DNA of 57,728 nucleotides from Octopus bimaculoides (taxonomy: Eukaryota), in contig NC_068983.1 in assembly GCF_001194135.2 (NCBI RefSeq), forward strand, positions 135,335,853 through 135,393,580, in the 5' to 3' direction. The notes below the pieces were generated by a model that was given only the letters and a program-made list of their open reading frames with translations, was not told the origin of the DNA and did not search any database. Position 1 is the first letter of the stretch. Each line of letters starts with the position of its first letter. A program made the position numbers and the translations under genes. Below are positions 1 to 15,052 of the stretch, piece by piece.

Positions 1-232
1 ACGTAATACTTAAATAGTGGAAGAGATATTATGTTGCCGTGTGCTCGAACTCTGCAAGAAGTTTAAAAAAATTTTTGACTAAAACACAACTGGAACCCTA
101 AGTAAGGCATGTGTAAAATTTGAATGAAATTGGTTGCGTAGTTCTCGAGTTTTAGGGATTCACACACACAGACAGACAGGCAGACAGACAGACAGACAGA
201 CAGACACACATTCTCATTTTTATATATAGAGA
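1..232 (-). mobile_element. Non-autonomous Helitron-like element, 5' end
   Basis: Minus strand begins A|TCTCTATATATAAAAATG followed by a (GTCT)n tract, as is typical of non-autonomous Helitrons; cut by the window edge. Confidence 0.5.
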
Positions 233-3200
233 TTTTGTACAAATTATCGGTGGTGCGGGGCATTATCAAATTATCTGAAAATGACATTGAACAAAACTTC
301 TTAGGGTATTTAGTTTACAGCTCTACATGTTCTGAGCTCAAATCCCATCGAGGGAAACATATACAAAATTCAAAAGATAGCCGGCTTTTCAGAGACATCA
401 TAAAGAAGCAGTTTTAAATGTCAATGCGAACGAAATTTCCCCCTTCGATCGAAGGGTTCTTCTGCCGTAGCGTAGAGGGTCCGTTGTTTGAATTCGTATG
501 AAGTTAGTAGATTAGGTTCGTTATCTGTGGTATATAAATTATTTCATTTGCTTATTTAATTTTCTATTCCCTTGGTTTAAAATATAAAATTATAACGTTT
601 TTTTTTTCTGACATGAATCGTACACACGCATGCACCTAAATGCATCTCCTTCCAACATACTTCGTACACATACAGAAAAATCTCATTTTTAAAAAATAAC
701 AAATACACATAATACACACGTATGCAGACACATTGATGCAAAAATATTGACAAATACCCATTACACACTCACGCGCACAGACACACACACACACGTCTGT
801 GTGTGTGTGTGTGCACATGCACAGAGAAATACTTTTCTAACAAAAGTATAATACACATAAAATTAATACTCATATTGAACACACATACATATATAGAAAT
901 GTGTTTTTCAAATACATTTACATTGTAGCGTCTGTGCAGCTTGCATTATAATTTTTTTTGGAGGGTGGATGACATGATATATTTTACTATTCACTTTTAT
1001 CTCTAACCCTTATCCTTTTCTCTGTTAACCACTGTCTCATTCTCATCCCTCGTCGCCTATTGTCACACGTCCTCTTACATTTATATACTTCTCTCTCTTT
1101 GTTTCTTTCTTTTTCTCCATATCTCCCCTTCTCTGTCTCTGTGTGACTTATTTCGCTCGTTCTCTAGCTATTACTCCTCTCATTTCTTATTTCTATTTCC
1201 TTCTCTCACATTCACCCACTCTGTGTCTTGTGATTCATTTTCTCACAATCATAGTTATATCTCGCCTCCTTTACATTATCTCTCTCGCCCCTCTCTCATT
1301 CTTGCATTCTCCCTGACACGTTTTCTCTCAATCATTCTCCATATCTTTTTGACTGTCACTATCTCTCCGTCGCTATTACTCCTTTCTTATACTTTTTCAT
1401 TCTCCATTTCGTTCACTCTCTCATTCACTTTGTTTTCTCTTATATTTCCCTATTATCATCCATCAGTCAATGTCTTTTCTACTACTCTCTGTTATTTTCT
1501 CCATCTCTCTCTCTTCCTCTCTGTCTCTCTCTTCCTCTCTCTCTCTGTCTATCTCTCTCATACATTTCTTTTTATAACGTGTATCTATTTGTTTCTGCCT
1601 CTCTCCTTATCTCTCGGTCTAACGTCGACTGTGCTACGTGCAGCCGTTTCTCACTAAGTTTAAAGTCCATCAATAAGAAAATAAAACGATAAAATAAAAC
1701 ACTGAACCGCCTACGTAACCAGTCAAATGACATGCTGGAAACACAAACACATCAGTTGACATGACATTAAAGTAGTAAAAAGAACCTTTAAGATTTCTTA
1801 ATCTCCCTTTTCTTCCCAGCCTGACCTACTGCCCGTCAAAATATTCCTTCTCTCTACTTCATGAACACTCGGTTGTTATAAATACAAAATAACAGCGTTA
1901 CGCCATAAGCTTTCAACGGCATAGGCGATTCTTTTCTGGTACTCATTTCGAATTGTCATGTTACTTTCTGCCGATATTTTTTTTTCTAACATGACCTTAA
2001 ACCACATATTTAGTGAGAGATACTCAACCGCTTATGTTAGCTGACTTTATTTTATCTACTACAACGAATGTCAAAATAAAGAACTCTTAATGTACTTTTC
2101 CCTCCCATCCATCCATAACCCACACACGCGCGCGCATACATAGATACATACGTACACACACACATACATACACACACACGCACACATACATACATACATA
2201 CATACATACACGTATATACATACACATACATACACACACATATACATACATACATACATACATACATATGATGCTAAAAAGTGTCGGTGACCAGGTCTTA
2301 GATAAATAACTTAAAATGATAATAAAGTAAAAGGGAATATAACGGTGTGTGTGTGTGTGTGCGCGCACGCGCCCGGTGTGCGTGTGTCTACTACTTTTGT
2401 TTTAGTCCGAAACCATTTCAAACAAATGTGTGTGCATGCATGTGTACACACCAAATTTGATTTTACATTTTATTCCAATTAGGTAGTTTCACTACATATT
2501 TTTCAACGAAGCTTTTTCTGTGACCGCTGATCATCAATATCACCATCATCATCTTCAATATCATCATTATCATCATCAACAACCTTCCCAGCACTACCAC
2601 CACCGGTTTTATCATTACCATTGTCATTATCCTTATACTTATTGTTACAGTAGCAACAACTTATGGTTGGAGTTCATTAACCCGGCGCACCCAGTCCGCG
2701 ACTCTGTTACGATTGTCGGATGAAGCCAGTTTCCCTTTATTTTGGGTCACTTGTGCCCTTGAGAATGACATGAACATCATAATATCTCAATTTACAATCC
2801 GTTAAAACTGTCAGGTTTCGTTACTACGTAAGAAACCGTTATTTACACGAAGGTCACCTTGACAACTCGAGATAGGACGTTGCAGAAATCTATCTTTCCT
2901 TGTTTTCGTAAAACAGTTATTGAGTCAATAAGGTGTCAGACTGAAGTTACAATGACCTTTTAGTTCATATTCCAATACTAGCATTGCGACGTGTCCCAGG
3001 AACAAAATAATTCTCAAATAGTTGAAGCCACCTATTTATAAGTAACCACTACAATTCCTGTGTTCGTTGAAATATTGATTACTTAGGCACAAGATATAGA
3101 TGTATGTAGGTGGAGGGTGTAATAATGATGTCTTATTCTTATTTTGGCACAAGATCACAGCTTATCAGTATAGAAGGGGCAGCTAATAAAAATCCACTAC

Positions 3201-3307
3201 TGTATTTGACAAGATTTTATTTATCAAATCCAAGAAGAACGAAAACATAACTAAATACTTCAATGCATTTTTCCAACGATTCTTCCTCGCTGTCACCCTT
3301 TTCAGAC

Positions 3308-3366
<59 letters not shown>

Positions 3367-4414
3367 TTCAAATTGTGGCCCAGAGCCAGGAATTTCGGGG
3401 AAGTGGGTGAGTTGAATACTTCGACCCCAGCGTTGAACTGGTACTTATTTTATCGACTTCCGAAAGGATGANNNNNNNNNNNNNNNNNNNNNNNNNNNNN
3501 NNNNNNNNNNNNNNNNNNNNNNNNNNNNNNNNNNNNNNNNNNNNNNNNNNNNNNNNNNNNNNNNNNNNNNNNNNNNNNNNNNNNNNNNNNNNNNNNNNNN
3601 NNNNNNNNNNNNNNNNNNNNNNNNNNNNNNNNNNNNNNNNNNNNNNNNNNNNNNNNNNNNNNNNNNNNNNNNNNNNNNNNNNNNNNNNNNNNNNNNNNNN
3701 NNNNNNNNNNNNNNNNNNNNNNNNNNNNNNNNNNNNNNNNNNNNNNNNNNNNNNNNNNNNNNNNNNNNNNNNNNNNNNNNNNNNNNNNNNNNNNNNNNNN
3801 NNNNNNNNNNNNNNNNNNNNNNNNNNNNNNNNNNNNNNNNNNNNNNNNNNNNNNNNNNNNNNNNNNNNNNNNNNNNNNNNNNNNNNNNNNNNNNNNNNNN
3901 NNNNNNNNNNNNNNNNNNNNNNNNNNNNNNNNNNNNNNNNNNNNNNNNNNNNNNNNNNNNNNNNNNNNNNNNNNNNNNNNNNNNNNNNNNNNNNNNNNNN
4001 NNNNNNNNNNNNNNNNNNNNNNNNNNNNNNNNNNNNNNNNNNNNNNNNNNNNNNNNNNNNNNNNNNNNNNNNNNNNNNNNNNNNNNNNNNNNNNNNNNNN
4101 NNNNNNNNNNNNNNNNNNNNNNNNNNNNNNNNNNNNNNNNNNNNNNNNNNNNNNNNNNNNNNNNNNNNNNNNNNNNNNNNNNNNNNNNNNNNNNNNNNNN
4201 NNNNNNNNNNNNNNNNNNNNNNNNNNNNNNNNNNNNNNNNNNNNNNNNNNNNNNNNNNNNNNNNNNNNNNNNNNNNNNNNNNNNNNNNNNNNNNNNNNNN
4301 NNNNNNNNCAACTCCGGGCTTGACTGGTGTTTTCATTTTAACTACCCCGAAAGGATGACTAGCATACTTGACCCCTCGACGGGATATGAACTTAGAACGT
4401 ACAGAAACGGAATA

Positions 4415-4486
<72 letters not shown>

Positions 4487-5060
4487 TAATTCGTTTTATT
4501 GGCCACAAGGGCTAATATCAATTAAAAACATGTAAATAATAATGGTTTCAAATTTTGGCAAAAGGTCAGCAAGTTTGCGAGAGGGGATAAGTCGATTACA
4601 TCGACCACAGTGCTCAACTGGTACTTATTTTATAGACCCCGCAAGGATGGACAGCAAAGTCGGCCTCGGCGGAATTTGAACTCAGAACGTGAAGACGGGC
4701 GGAATACCGCTAAGCATTTTGCCCGGTAGGCTAACGATTCCCGCCTTACTAAAATTAATAATAATAATAATAACAACAACAACAACAACAATTTTGGCAC
4801 GAGGTCAGTAATTTCGTGGGAGAGGGGTGGGTAAATCGATGACATCGACCTCAGAACTTGACTAGTAGCTATTTTATCGACCCAGAAAGGATGAAAAGCA
4901 AAGTCGAATTCGGTGGAATTTGAATAATGATGATAATAATAAGAATGATAATATTAATATAAATTGTTTCAGATTTTGGCACAAGGTCAACAATTTTGGT
5001 GGGGGTGAAGGTTTTAATGAATTACATTGAACCCTTGTACTTTATTTTACCAACATTAAA
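3308..5060 (-). mobile_element. Cluster of about 5 stacked tRNA-derived SINEs with a MetaSINE-like core and (AGT)n/(AAT)n tails
   Basis: Repeated ctggtacttattttatcgacccc.aaaggatg...ggaatttgaactc; most complete copy 4543-4745; N gap 3472-4309. Confidence 0.75.
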
Positions 5061-8000
5061 CCTCGGTGTTATTTCAGTTGCGGACGTAAAAGAAAACTCG
5101 AATCTTAATAGTTCAGTTAATTTTCTCCAACGATTTACCGAATGAAGCACTCTACTAATGTTTTCAGCAACATCAATAATGATTTCTAAATTTTCCACAT
5201 GAGCACACATTTTGAAGAAACTAAAACTGATTATATTGATCTTAGTTGTTTGAGTAATTTGAACCAATAAATAAAATTACTACAATCGGACTAACGAGAA
5301 ATTATTTCGCTGAAGCTCATGAACTTTTATAAATAGTACAAGGGAGGCAACGCTATGCAAAAAACATTTGTATGAATTTGGGTTAATGATGGATGTAAGG
5401 GAGACAACTCTATATCTAAAACTAGTGTGGGAATAAAAATGTAACAATGCAAGGGAGATAATTTTACTTGTAACATGATATTTAATGCAAGGGAACTAAC
5501 TCCCACTAGATACGTTAACACATCTCTAACAGCGACAAGGACAGGAACCTGTACAGAGAACAGTCGACTATATTAACCTTTGTACATGACTGGCATTGGT
5601 TTCATCAATTCTGGAAAAATGGGAGGTAAAACTTCACTTATTCAATGTCCCCCACTTTCTATTAAAAAAAAAAAGAACTCTTGTTCGTGTCAGTGTATGT
5701 TGGACCAAGCTGTAACAATTAATTGTACCTCTTGCATATCTAAATGATCCTTTCATTGTAAGTAATTTCAGATTCATTGAGTAAGCATTGTTAATTTGTT
5801 TAAATCATTAGAGCTATATCCTGTAAAGATATAAAGTTATATTTTTATATTTCTTGACATAATTTTTATTGATGAATAAACATTAATGTAAAAACTTTTG
5901 CTTTAATCTGTCACTGCCAGAACTCACCTCTCCTCATAGCAGAACTTTGTGTTCTATCTATCTATGTAAGTGCGTGCACATGCACACAATTCTTACTCAT
6001 TGTTCTTTGAGGCTCAAACCATCTTTAAGCTTCCTCTTACTAGTTTTATTTCTCTAATAATTGGCTAAAAAGTCTGAAGAAATACATCAGGAGGTAAAAT
6101 ATGTTTAGTTTAACTCAGAATTGCTAGCATCATAGTCTCTTATATTATAGATTTCCATTCAAAATATTGGGGTTACATGTCCATTACTTCTGCTGTATCT
6201 ATGATCCAAACACTTAATTTAAGCAACCTAGCTTTAAATGAATACAGACTGCTACTGTAAGGAAGATGGAGTGATGTACTATGTAACTTATAAGCATTTT
6301 GTTACCTAGCCATACAAATTTCAAATATTGTGGAGCTGTAAAAGAAAATGAGTAACTAACACAAAATAACTACTAGAGATGTCAATTCATCCCAAGAAGT
6401 AAAAGTTATGATAAGAACCCCATCAAATAGTTGATGCGTAAAGTTCAGTTTATGCTTAATTCAAGTTTACTTAGAATTTACATTTTATTAAGGTACTTAA
6501 AACTTGGTTATTACATAATCATTCTTGAGAATCAAAAAATATAACTCTGTTAAAGGCTCATATAGTGGATTACATCTTTTAACAACCCTTTATCAACTTG
6601 AAATGCTATTCAATGGTGATCAAATCTTGTAATTGAAATTAAATTTGTATCAAAACTTATACATCTTTTTATTGGTGTTGTTAAATGAAACTATATTAGT
6701 TGTTAATACAAGAAAGCATAAACAGTTAGACAAATATAGATTAATAATGTATCCAAGAGAAATTAAAATTTAGATAATTTTTAATTAACTGTCAAGTATA
6801 CCATACAGAAATACAAAATTTTACATGTTGGCAATATGGAGAGCAAAACTTTACAAAATACAATTTATAAACAATTTGATAATTTTATTTTCCAGATGAT
6901 CACATATGCAGACAGATAAAAATACTTGCCATTTCATTAGACAAGAAGCAATTTTTCTCATCACAAAAATCACAATAAATTTGTTATTTTCCATGGATAT
7001 ATTATCAAATAGAGGATTTTTACATGGAAATTTGAATAAAACTATCAAAATATTTAATATAGAATTAAATATGAAAATATGATCAAAAAAAAGTTTTGAG
7101 ATATTAGATTTAAATTACTCAATTTGGGCTAAAGGCTATCTTAGCTGTAATCATGTACCATGTGGAGGTGCAGGAGAGAAAGAGCATTGTTTTATCTAGA
7201 AATATATCTTAGTTTACAGTGCTAAATTCAGATTCTCCTACAGTAAAAAATCTTTTATTCATATGCAGAGAAATGTTTTTCAAATGCTTAATACCACAAA
7301 AATTTAGGAGGGTAAATTCTAGATATTTGTCACCCTCGTTTACATTGTAAACTCAAGATGTGTTAAATGATCCACAATAAATTAATAAAACTATGTTTAT
7401 CCATGCCAGCATGGAAAATAGGACATTAAACAATAATTAATATCTACTAATTAGCTTGCACTTTTATTTTCATTTGTTTAGATGAAATAATGACTTTAGA
7501 CAAAATAATGTTAAAAGCTTTATTACACATCTAATCTATCACACATTGGCCCCAAGTAAATAATATTAACCTTGTTTGTTAAGAATATTAAACTGTCTTC
7601 TATGAAAGTTAACAATTGACTAGCTTAGTTCAGTATAGTTAAACATTGTCATTTTTTCGACATCTTTGTCTAACAAAAGAAATGTTGATCTACAAAGCAA
7701 GTTTCAAAATAATGAAGCAAATACATCATTTATAAATTAAAAAGTCCCTTCATATTGATTCTGTATCTATTATTGAGGTATTTCCTCAAGATTTATTGGT
7801 ACTTTTCCCTTAAACATTAAAACAATCTTTATATTATACTATTCTTTATACTATTCTTCCATCTATTTCACATGTTTTACTAATCAAAAGCTATTTATTA
7901 AACCATTCACTAAAAACAATTTCTCTTTAACAGAAATACAAATCAAATCTTACTCAAATCATACTCTGCTGTTTTAAAACACATTGGAGAATATGATGCT

Positions 8001-8558
8001 GAGTGCAGTATTTCTAGAATGAGGGAGGGACAGCCATGGCTAGAATGCCTTTTATTTGATTAGAGCTGACTTGTGAGCAAAACAATAACAGCAATGGTTT
8101 CATCCACACAATGGTCACTAGTTCTTAATAAAGAAAACTAATATGTTAATATGTTTACAAATAAACATAAAAATTATTGAAACACAAGTATGTTTTTTTT
8201 TTATAACAAAAATGAGGAAAATAGCAAAAATAAAATCTCATGTAAAAAATATGCTAACATTCTAAATATATCACTGATTCAGGAAACAAAGTAACTTATT
8301 TCATGAAAGGCTTTAAAAATAAAGATATATTACTACCATGATTGTCAATTAAACAACACTAAAACTTCCAGTCTATCAGTGATGCCATCCAACACAATTA
8401 TTGCTTGATACTGAAACAAGAAAATAAATATTGCTTAATAAAATGAATGCTATATAAATGTCAGCTCTCTGTGAACATATGGAACAGACAGGAAGAGAGT
8501 AAAAATGTATTCATAGCTTTGACTCTGTCAAAGTGATGTCACTACACTTACACAAAAG

Positions 8559-8905
8559 GTAAAACCTGGAGACCCAGTCAACTTGAACTGTACAATATGT
8601 ATGTGAGTATGTGCATGTGTGAATCACCAACGGTGAAGTTGTGGCTCACCCATATTCCTCATCCTATTTTAATGACTCCTCCACCACACATCATATGGGT
8701 GGACCTCAAAGCATGAACATTTGAAAGGTGGGAGGACGTTGTTAATGATCACCACCAGAAGAGACTGGAAATAGACAAAGGTTTAAAAAGAAAAAAAGAA
8801 AAGGAAAATCAACAGAAAAACAGCACCAATACATGACTGGCAGACAACACCTTCAAGCACAGTAATTGTAGCCAGGACTGTCACCTGTATGTGTGTTTCT
8901 GCAGT
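8559..8905. repeat. Local direct duplication, partner 10640-10966
   Basis: About 340-bp blocks aligning almost throughout with small indels, about 2.07 kb apart. Confidence 0.9.
8742..8764 (-). CDS. Ubl/coiled-coil gene candidate last exon, distal duplicate (VSSGGDH*)
   Basis: Same acceptor and stop position inside the duplicated block 8559-8905. Confidence 0.4.
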
Positions 8906-10805
8906 CACAGCAGAAACTGTTCTGTCGACAATACTTTCCAGGTGCAGATTTTTTGTCTAACAAGACAAACACATGTCTAGTGTGTATTATCAACATTATT
9001 TAATACCCACCTTCCATACTAATATGGGTTGGACAGTCTGACAGGGTCTAAGGACTCGCAGGACTGCATTATGTTCTATTATCTGCTTTAACATTGTTTC
9101 AATAATTGGAGGTCCTAATACCAACCACAAAGAATATACTAGGTTCTTTACACTTCCAATAAATAATTACAACTAAAAATGATTGTAGCTACCAGACTAA
9201 CAGCTATTCTCAATATGATGCTCTACCTTTGTTAAAATCATTCCTTTGAAGTCTGAAGTCTTTGCTTCAAACTAAATCGTAAACTGTTCACTTTGTTACC
9301 ATTGAACTCAAGCCAATATCATTTTATCACTCAGAAACCTCCTTCCTTATTCCCTCTGAACAACAATACACTGTGTATCAGCTTTCACTAGCTCTACATT
9401 ACATATAACACTAATTTACTTCATCTCAGTCATCCATCTCTTTTAACCTTTTCCCTGTCCTGTGTGATACATTGGATGTAATACACTGGATGTATTTCTT
9501 CGGTGTCTGTGCATTAGATATGATACACATTCTAAATTTTTTCAACTACTAACAATTCTTTTAACTTAGGACTTATGAAAGGAAAGCATAACATAACTCA
9601 GAACATATGAAACAAAGGGTTAACAAAACGTCTGGAGACAAGTATGGACATTTAAGACAAACTTATGAAAATAATTTGGACAGGCAAAGGATTAAAATTG
9701 ATATTTATGTGTACAGTGTACATCTACTTTATTTAGCCCACTTTAGTGCTTCCATTGAAGAAATCCAACATATATGATCAACTGTGGTCAATAGTAACAG
9801 CAGGTATTTTATTTAAGAGAAACGAGGATGTGTCATGCAGTTTTTTTTTTCTTTTCTTTTTGTTTTTTTTTGTAAATTAGAAACATAAATGAAGTGAAAT
9901 GGTTCGAATACAGAATCAAAACCAGATCACTAATTTATCCTGCCAAAGAATTTACCTCTATGGCACTCGTCACATTGGAAGTCAAAAATATAAACTATCA
10001 AAGTAGAATTAATACAAGATTTCACAGATAATGAAGCTTTACTCAATGATTAATTAATTTTCAAAAACCTTGTTTTTCTTTTTACTTTTCTTTTTTCAAT
10101 AGATAAATAACTGATAGGGACAAAATATAATTGGTTAAAATAAGAATATTTTACAATAAAAGCAAATTCACTTTTTAAGATTTATACAGTTAACAAAAAT
10201 ATCAATAATGATCAACAAACATTCCCAGGATTCTAAATAGGTGTGAAACAAAAAAAAAAGATATAAAAATAAATTTAAAGTTACTAATTTAAGTCACTGT
10301 TCAGAACTAGTCATCACACACAATGTATGAATTTGTGAATGTATATCCACAAATAACAGAACAGTACACTATACATACACACATATTTACATACATACAC
10401 ATACAAACACACATAGATATTTAGATAAATAAAGAGATAGATATACAAATAAAAGTATATGTGTGTATGTGTATGTATATATATTTGTGTGTGCACATGT
10501 ACAGTTGTATGTATGTGTAATTGTATGTATAAGATCATTATTTTAAAACTTGTTTAAGAATACATTTACTAAAGGTGCCTGTACTGAGAGTGGTGTCAAA
10601 TTTATGAAGACCAAGTTCACTGGTTGAATAAACCAAAATGTAAAACCTGGAGACTCAGTCAAATTGAACTGTACAATATGTATGTGAGTGTGTACATGTG
10701 TGAATCACCAACGGTGAAGTTGTGGCTCACCCAGATTCCTCATCCTATTTTAATGACCTCCTCCACTACACATCATATGGACATTTGAAAGGTGGGAAGA
10801 TGTTG

Positions 10806-10828
10806 TTAATGATTACAACCAGAAGAGA
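10806..10828 (-). CDS. Ubl/coiled-coil gene candidate last exon, proximal copy (VSSGCNH*)
   Basis: Long polypyrimidine tract plus ttccag|; phase 1 gives V-S-S-G-C-N-H-TAA. Confidence 0.45.
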
Positions 10829-12789
10829 CTGGAAATAGACAAAGGTTTAAGAAGAAAAAAAGAAAAAGAAAATCAACAGAAAAACAGCACCAAGACATGA
10901 CTGGCAGACACCTTCAAGCACAGTAATTGTAGCCAGGACTGTCACCCATATGTGTGTTTCTGCAGTGTGTTTCTAACTACAATAAATACCTTGTGTGGTG
11001 AATTATAAAATTATTACTCTGCACGCATAAGCAAAAGCAGGGTATTGGAGTTGCTTGTCTTTGTCTATGTGTTTGCAAAATTACTGCAAAATGGCTGAAG
11101 GGATTTTCACCAAATAAGGCAGAAATACTCATTGGGTGAGTGGCTTCAACTCATTAAATTTTGGTTTGATTATTTTCAAAACTGACGGACAAGTGAATCA
11201 ATTTTTTTTTTGTTTTTGTTATATATGCGGGGAAAATAACTCATGTCATTTTGTTGAAATATGAATTCACCTGAGAATATATTTATCAAATTAAATTTTA
11301 TTTTATCCTTGTGTGCGTGCAGGGTATGCATCGCCCTTCCAACACAACATTGTGTGTAATAGTCATCTCTAAGATATTACTGAAACACAAATAAAGAATG
11401 AAGTAATTATATTAATCTGTTTTCTTCATCTCCATTATTTAACTATTGTATTTTACTCTATAGTCATTATAGCCTATCATCATCATCATTTAATGTCCGT
11501 TTTCCATGCTGGCATGTGTTGGATAGTTCCATAGGAACTGGCCAATATAGCTGGATGCCCTTCCTTGCCAAACACTTAACAGAGCACACTGGGTGCTTTT
11601 TTACATGGCACCAGCAGCAGTGAAGTCACTAAATAACTTGCAAGACAAGACCCATCAACTGAGGTGGGGAGCAGTATTGAGGGACACAAAAAGGAGTCTT
11701 GCATTACAGATAAAAACATGGCTGACTCAGGTGGGAGAGAGTGAGAGAGAGAGAGAACATGGTGGTGATGGGGAGTGGACCAGGGACTGGAGAGGGTGAG
11801 TTCTGGAGAGGGTGAGTTCTGGAGATTGTGAAAGATGAGTGGTAGATGGAGGGGGATGTAATGAGTGGGCACAGGTATGGGGAGGGGGTAGGGAAGAGAT
11901 TCAAAGGGACATAGTGTGTGCCAGTAGGTATGTGAGGTAGAGTAGGGGAATCCAGCACGTCGTGTGCATGGGTGGTGGGAGAGGTTTGTTTGGGGATAGA
12001 TTATGTGCAGGAGGTGAGGGACAAGGACATAAAGGATATGCTTTTATAGCCTTGATTTTACTAAGCTGGGCAGGTCTTCTCAAGCACAGTAAATCACCAA
12101 TCGTCTCAGTCTTTCGTCACCACCTCTATGAGGCTGAAATACATGCATTACACACACACATACATACGTATGTATGTATAAACACTAATACATTCATGAG
12201 TGTATGTAGGGGGGTGTAATAAATTGAGTTCTAAACTAATACATATTGTGCTGTAATTGAGGATAACAAGTTCACTTCCAAACCTTGTGATTTCAGGTTC
12301 AGTCCCACTGCACTGTACCTTGAGCAAATATCTACTATAGCCCTTGACCAACTGAAGCTATGTGAGTCGATCTGACAGACAGAAAAAGGAAAGAAACCTG
12401 TCATATATATGTGCATGTTTGTGTGTGTGTGTGTGTGTGTGTGTTTGTTTATATCTGCAGTCACTGATACAAAAGTTTGAGAGATGCTGCTGGCACTTCT
12501 ATCAATCATTCACTTACTTTGTACCTTTGAAGCATTGTGAAATAAGAGATACTTTACTTGGAAAACAAGGGTTAGTGTCAGGAAGGGCATCAAACTAAAA
12601 TAATGCCTCATCAACATATACATCTAACCCATGCAAGCATGGAAATCCAGACATAAAAGCAAATGAATAATATGTTTGTCTGTGTGCACATATTATATAT
12701 ATATATATAAGGGAACAAATTTTCATTTAAACATATTATACTGAAAACATCGTATTCTAAGTGTTAATAACTTTTTATTAAACATTTTT

Positions 12790-13700
12790 CATATTTGTAT
12801 ATTAGACTCTTATAGTTTGTTTGGAATAATAAAACTTCCTCATCTTTATCAATGCCTCCTGGTTATCTACCTCTCAACATCATTCTTCTTAACATGGAGT
12901 GGTTGTAGCTTCTGTACAGCCTCCTTTATGGTGAGCATCTTAAGTTTAGTTATGCTTTCCCCATCAGAATTTGATTGTTAGAGTTTTACAGCTTCAGATC
13001 TGTATTTGTGGTGTACATTGTATGTTAATTGTATGTTAATTGTAGCCTTGTGGTGTAAAATTAATTTTGCTTCCATAATCAGTTATGTATTACTGTGGAG
13101 AAATCTGTTATGGAAGTTATGGAAGTATTTTCTGTTAATATTTTCCCATCTGGTTTTGTTTTATGATGTGTGATATAATGTGAAGCAACTGCTCTCTGTT
13201 TTAAATCATGGTGAGCATACAAGTGGGTGTTGTACTTGTTTGGTCCACTATAAAGTTGGAATCATCACGTCTGCAAGTTTTTGATTAGAATAAAACAAAC
13301 ATTAACTTAACATTTAAAACAAAGAACAGTTGCTACCACACACTATACCAAACAACAAAAGCAAATTGGACAGGAAAATATTAACAAAAAATACTTAGAA
13401 ATTCTCCCCAGTAATAGATGATTCCTTATGGAAGCAATGATAAAAAGCAACAACATTTACATGATATAAATGCAAATCTGATGATGCAATACTCTAACAA
13501 ATTCTGGAAGGACAGTCTATATAAAGACAAACCACCCACTGTTAAAAGGGTAATACAAAAACCAAAACTGTTTTCCATCCTAAAGAAAAGGCTGAGATAG
13601 TCTGGAAACATTGGTAATGATCAATATAGAAGCTTTAATGTTCCAAACAAACTATTAGGGTCTGATAAACAAAAGAACTTTAATCCAAAAAGATTATATT
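12790..13700 (-). mobile_element. Possible Penelope-like (GIY-YIG) remnant
   Basis: Highly degenerate FIVDQTSTTPTCMLTM resembles the YIGQT.TTL..RLTMH motif; contains stops. Confidence 0.3.
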
Positions 13701-14341
13701 AGAACATAGTCATGTTTTGAATATACATAATATACATATACATACAATATACATAAGTATATTGTATGCATGCATGTGTTTACACACACACACATATATA
13801 TATATATGCATATTATAGATACATACACTTATATATAACTTATCTATACATACACATGCATGCATACAAACACATGTATATATGCATATATATATANNNN
13901 NNNNNNNNNNNNNNNNNNNNNNNNNNNNNNNNNNNNNNNNNNNNNNNNNNNNNNNNNNNNNNNNNNNNNNNNNNNNNNNNNNNNNNNNNNNNNNNNNNNN
14001 NNNNNNNNNNNNNNNNNNNNNNNNNNNNNNNNNNNNNNNNNNNNNNNNNNNNNNNNNNNNNNNNNNNNNNNNNNNNNNNNNNNNNNNNNNNNNNNNNNNN
14101 NNNNNNNNNNNNNNNNNNNNNNNNNNNNNNNNNNNNNNNNNNNNNNNNNNNNNNNNNNNNNNNNNNNNNNNNNNNNNNNNNNNNNNNNNNNNNNNNNNNN
14201 NNNNNNNNNNNNNNNNNNNNNNNNNNNNNNNNNNNNNNNNNNNNNNNNNNNNNNNNNNNNNNNNNNNNNNNNNNNNNNNNNNNNNNNNNNNNNNNNNNNN
14301 NNNNNNNNNNNNNNNNNNNNNNNNNNNNNNNNNNNNNNNNN

Positions 14342-14374
<33 letters not shown>

Positions 14375-14964
14375 CAGATAGATAGATATTCACACATTTT
14401 GTGTGTATATAATCATCATCCATCTCCTCATTTTACATCAGTTTTTCTTTACTGCCATAATAAGACATAATGACTGTGGGATTAAGATTTTGGCTTACTT
14501 GCTATCGTTCAGTTTAATTCCTACTACACCCATTGTGTCATGCCCATGCTCACCTCAGTATACCAAGGAATAAAGCATCCCCATACCCATTGAATGGTTG
14601 AGTGGGTAGTGCTAGGAAATGCATCCAATTGTAATGCATTTTTATGTCAATATCATGCAAATGTACAGATTTGTGGAAACCATCTCCCATGTTATCAAGA
14701 AAAACGGATGAAAAATATGTAGGGCGAGGTTTGATAAACAACATGGATATGAGTGTATATGTTAACAGAGAATGGATCACCAAAGAGGAGACTGTTTCAA
14801 GCTTCCTTCCCAGCAAGCTAAGCTGGACTGTTCCAAACGAGTATCAAGGAAATCTAGAGTAGGTTTCAAATTTTGTTGCAGATCCTGGAATGAAAACAAT
14901 ATACATAGATTGCATAAGTTTATGTACATATATACAATATATATGCATAAATACACTCAAACAT

Positions 14965-15052
<88 letters not shown>

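Noticed and set aside
1223-2368. ORFs made of microsatellite or CT-rich sequence (also 14772-15105, 18056-18423, 31461-31876)
   Set aside because: Low-complexity YI/CV/SL repeats with no coding signal.
3368-4358. Long ORFs spanning N runs (also 13710-14423, 38160-38414, 40775-41272, 49682-50092, 55044-55915)
   Set aside because: Artefacts of assembly gaps translated as X.
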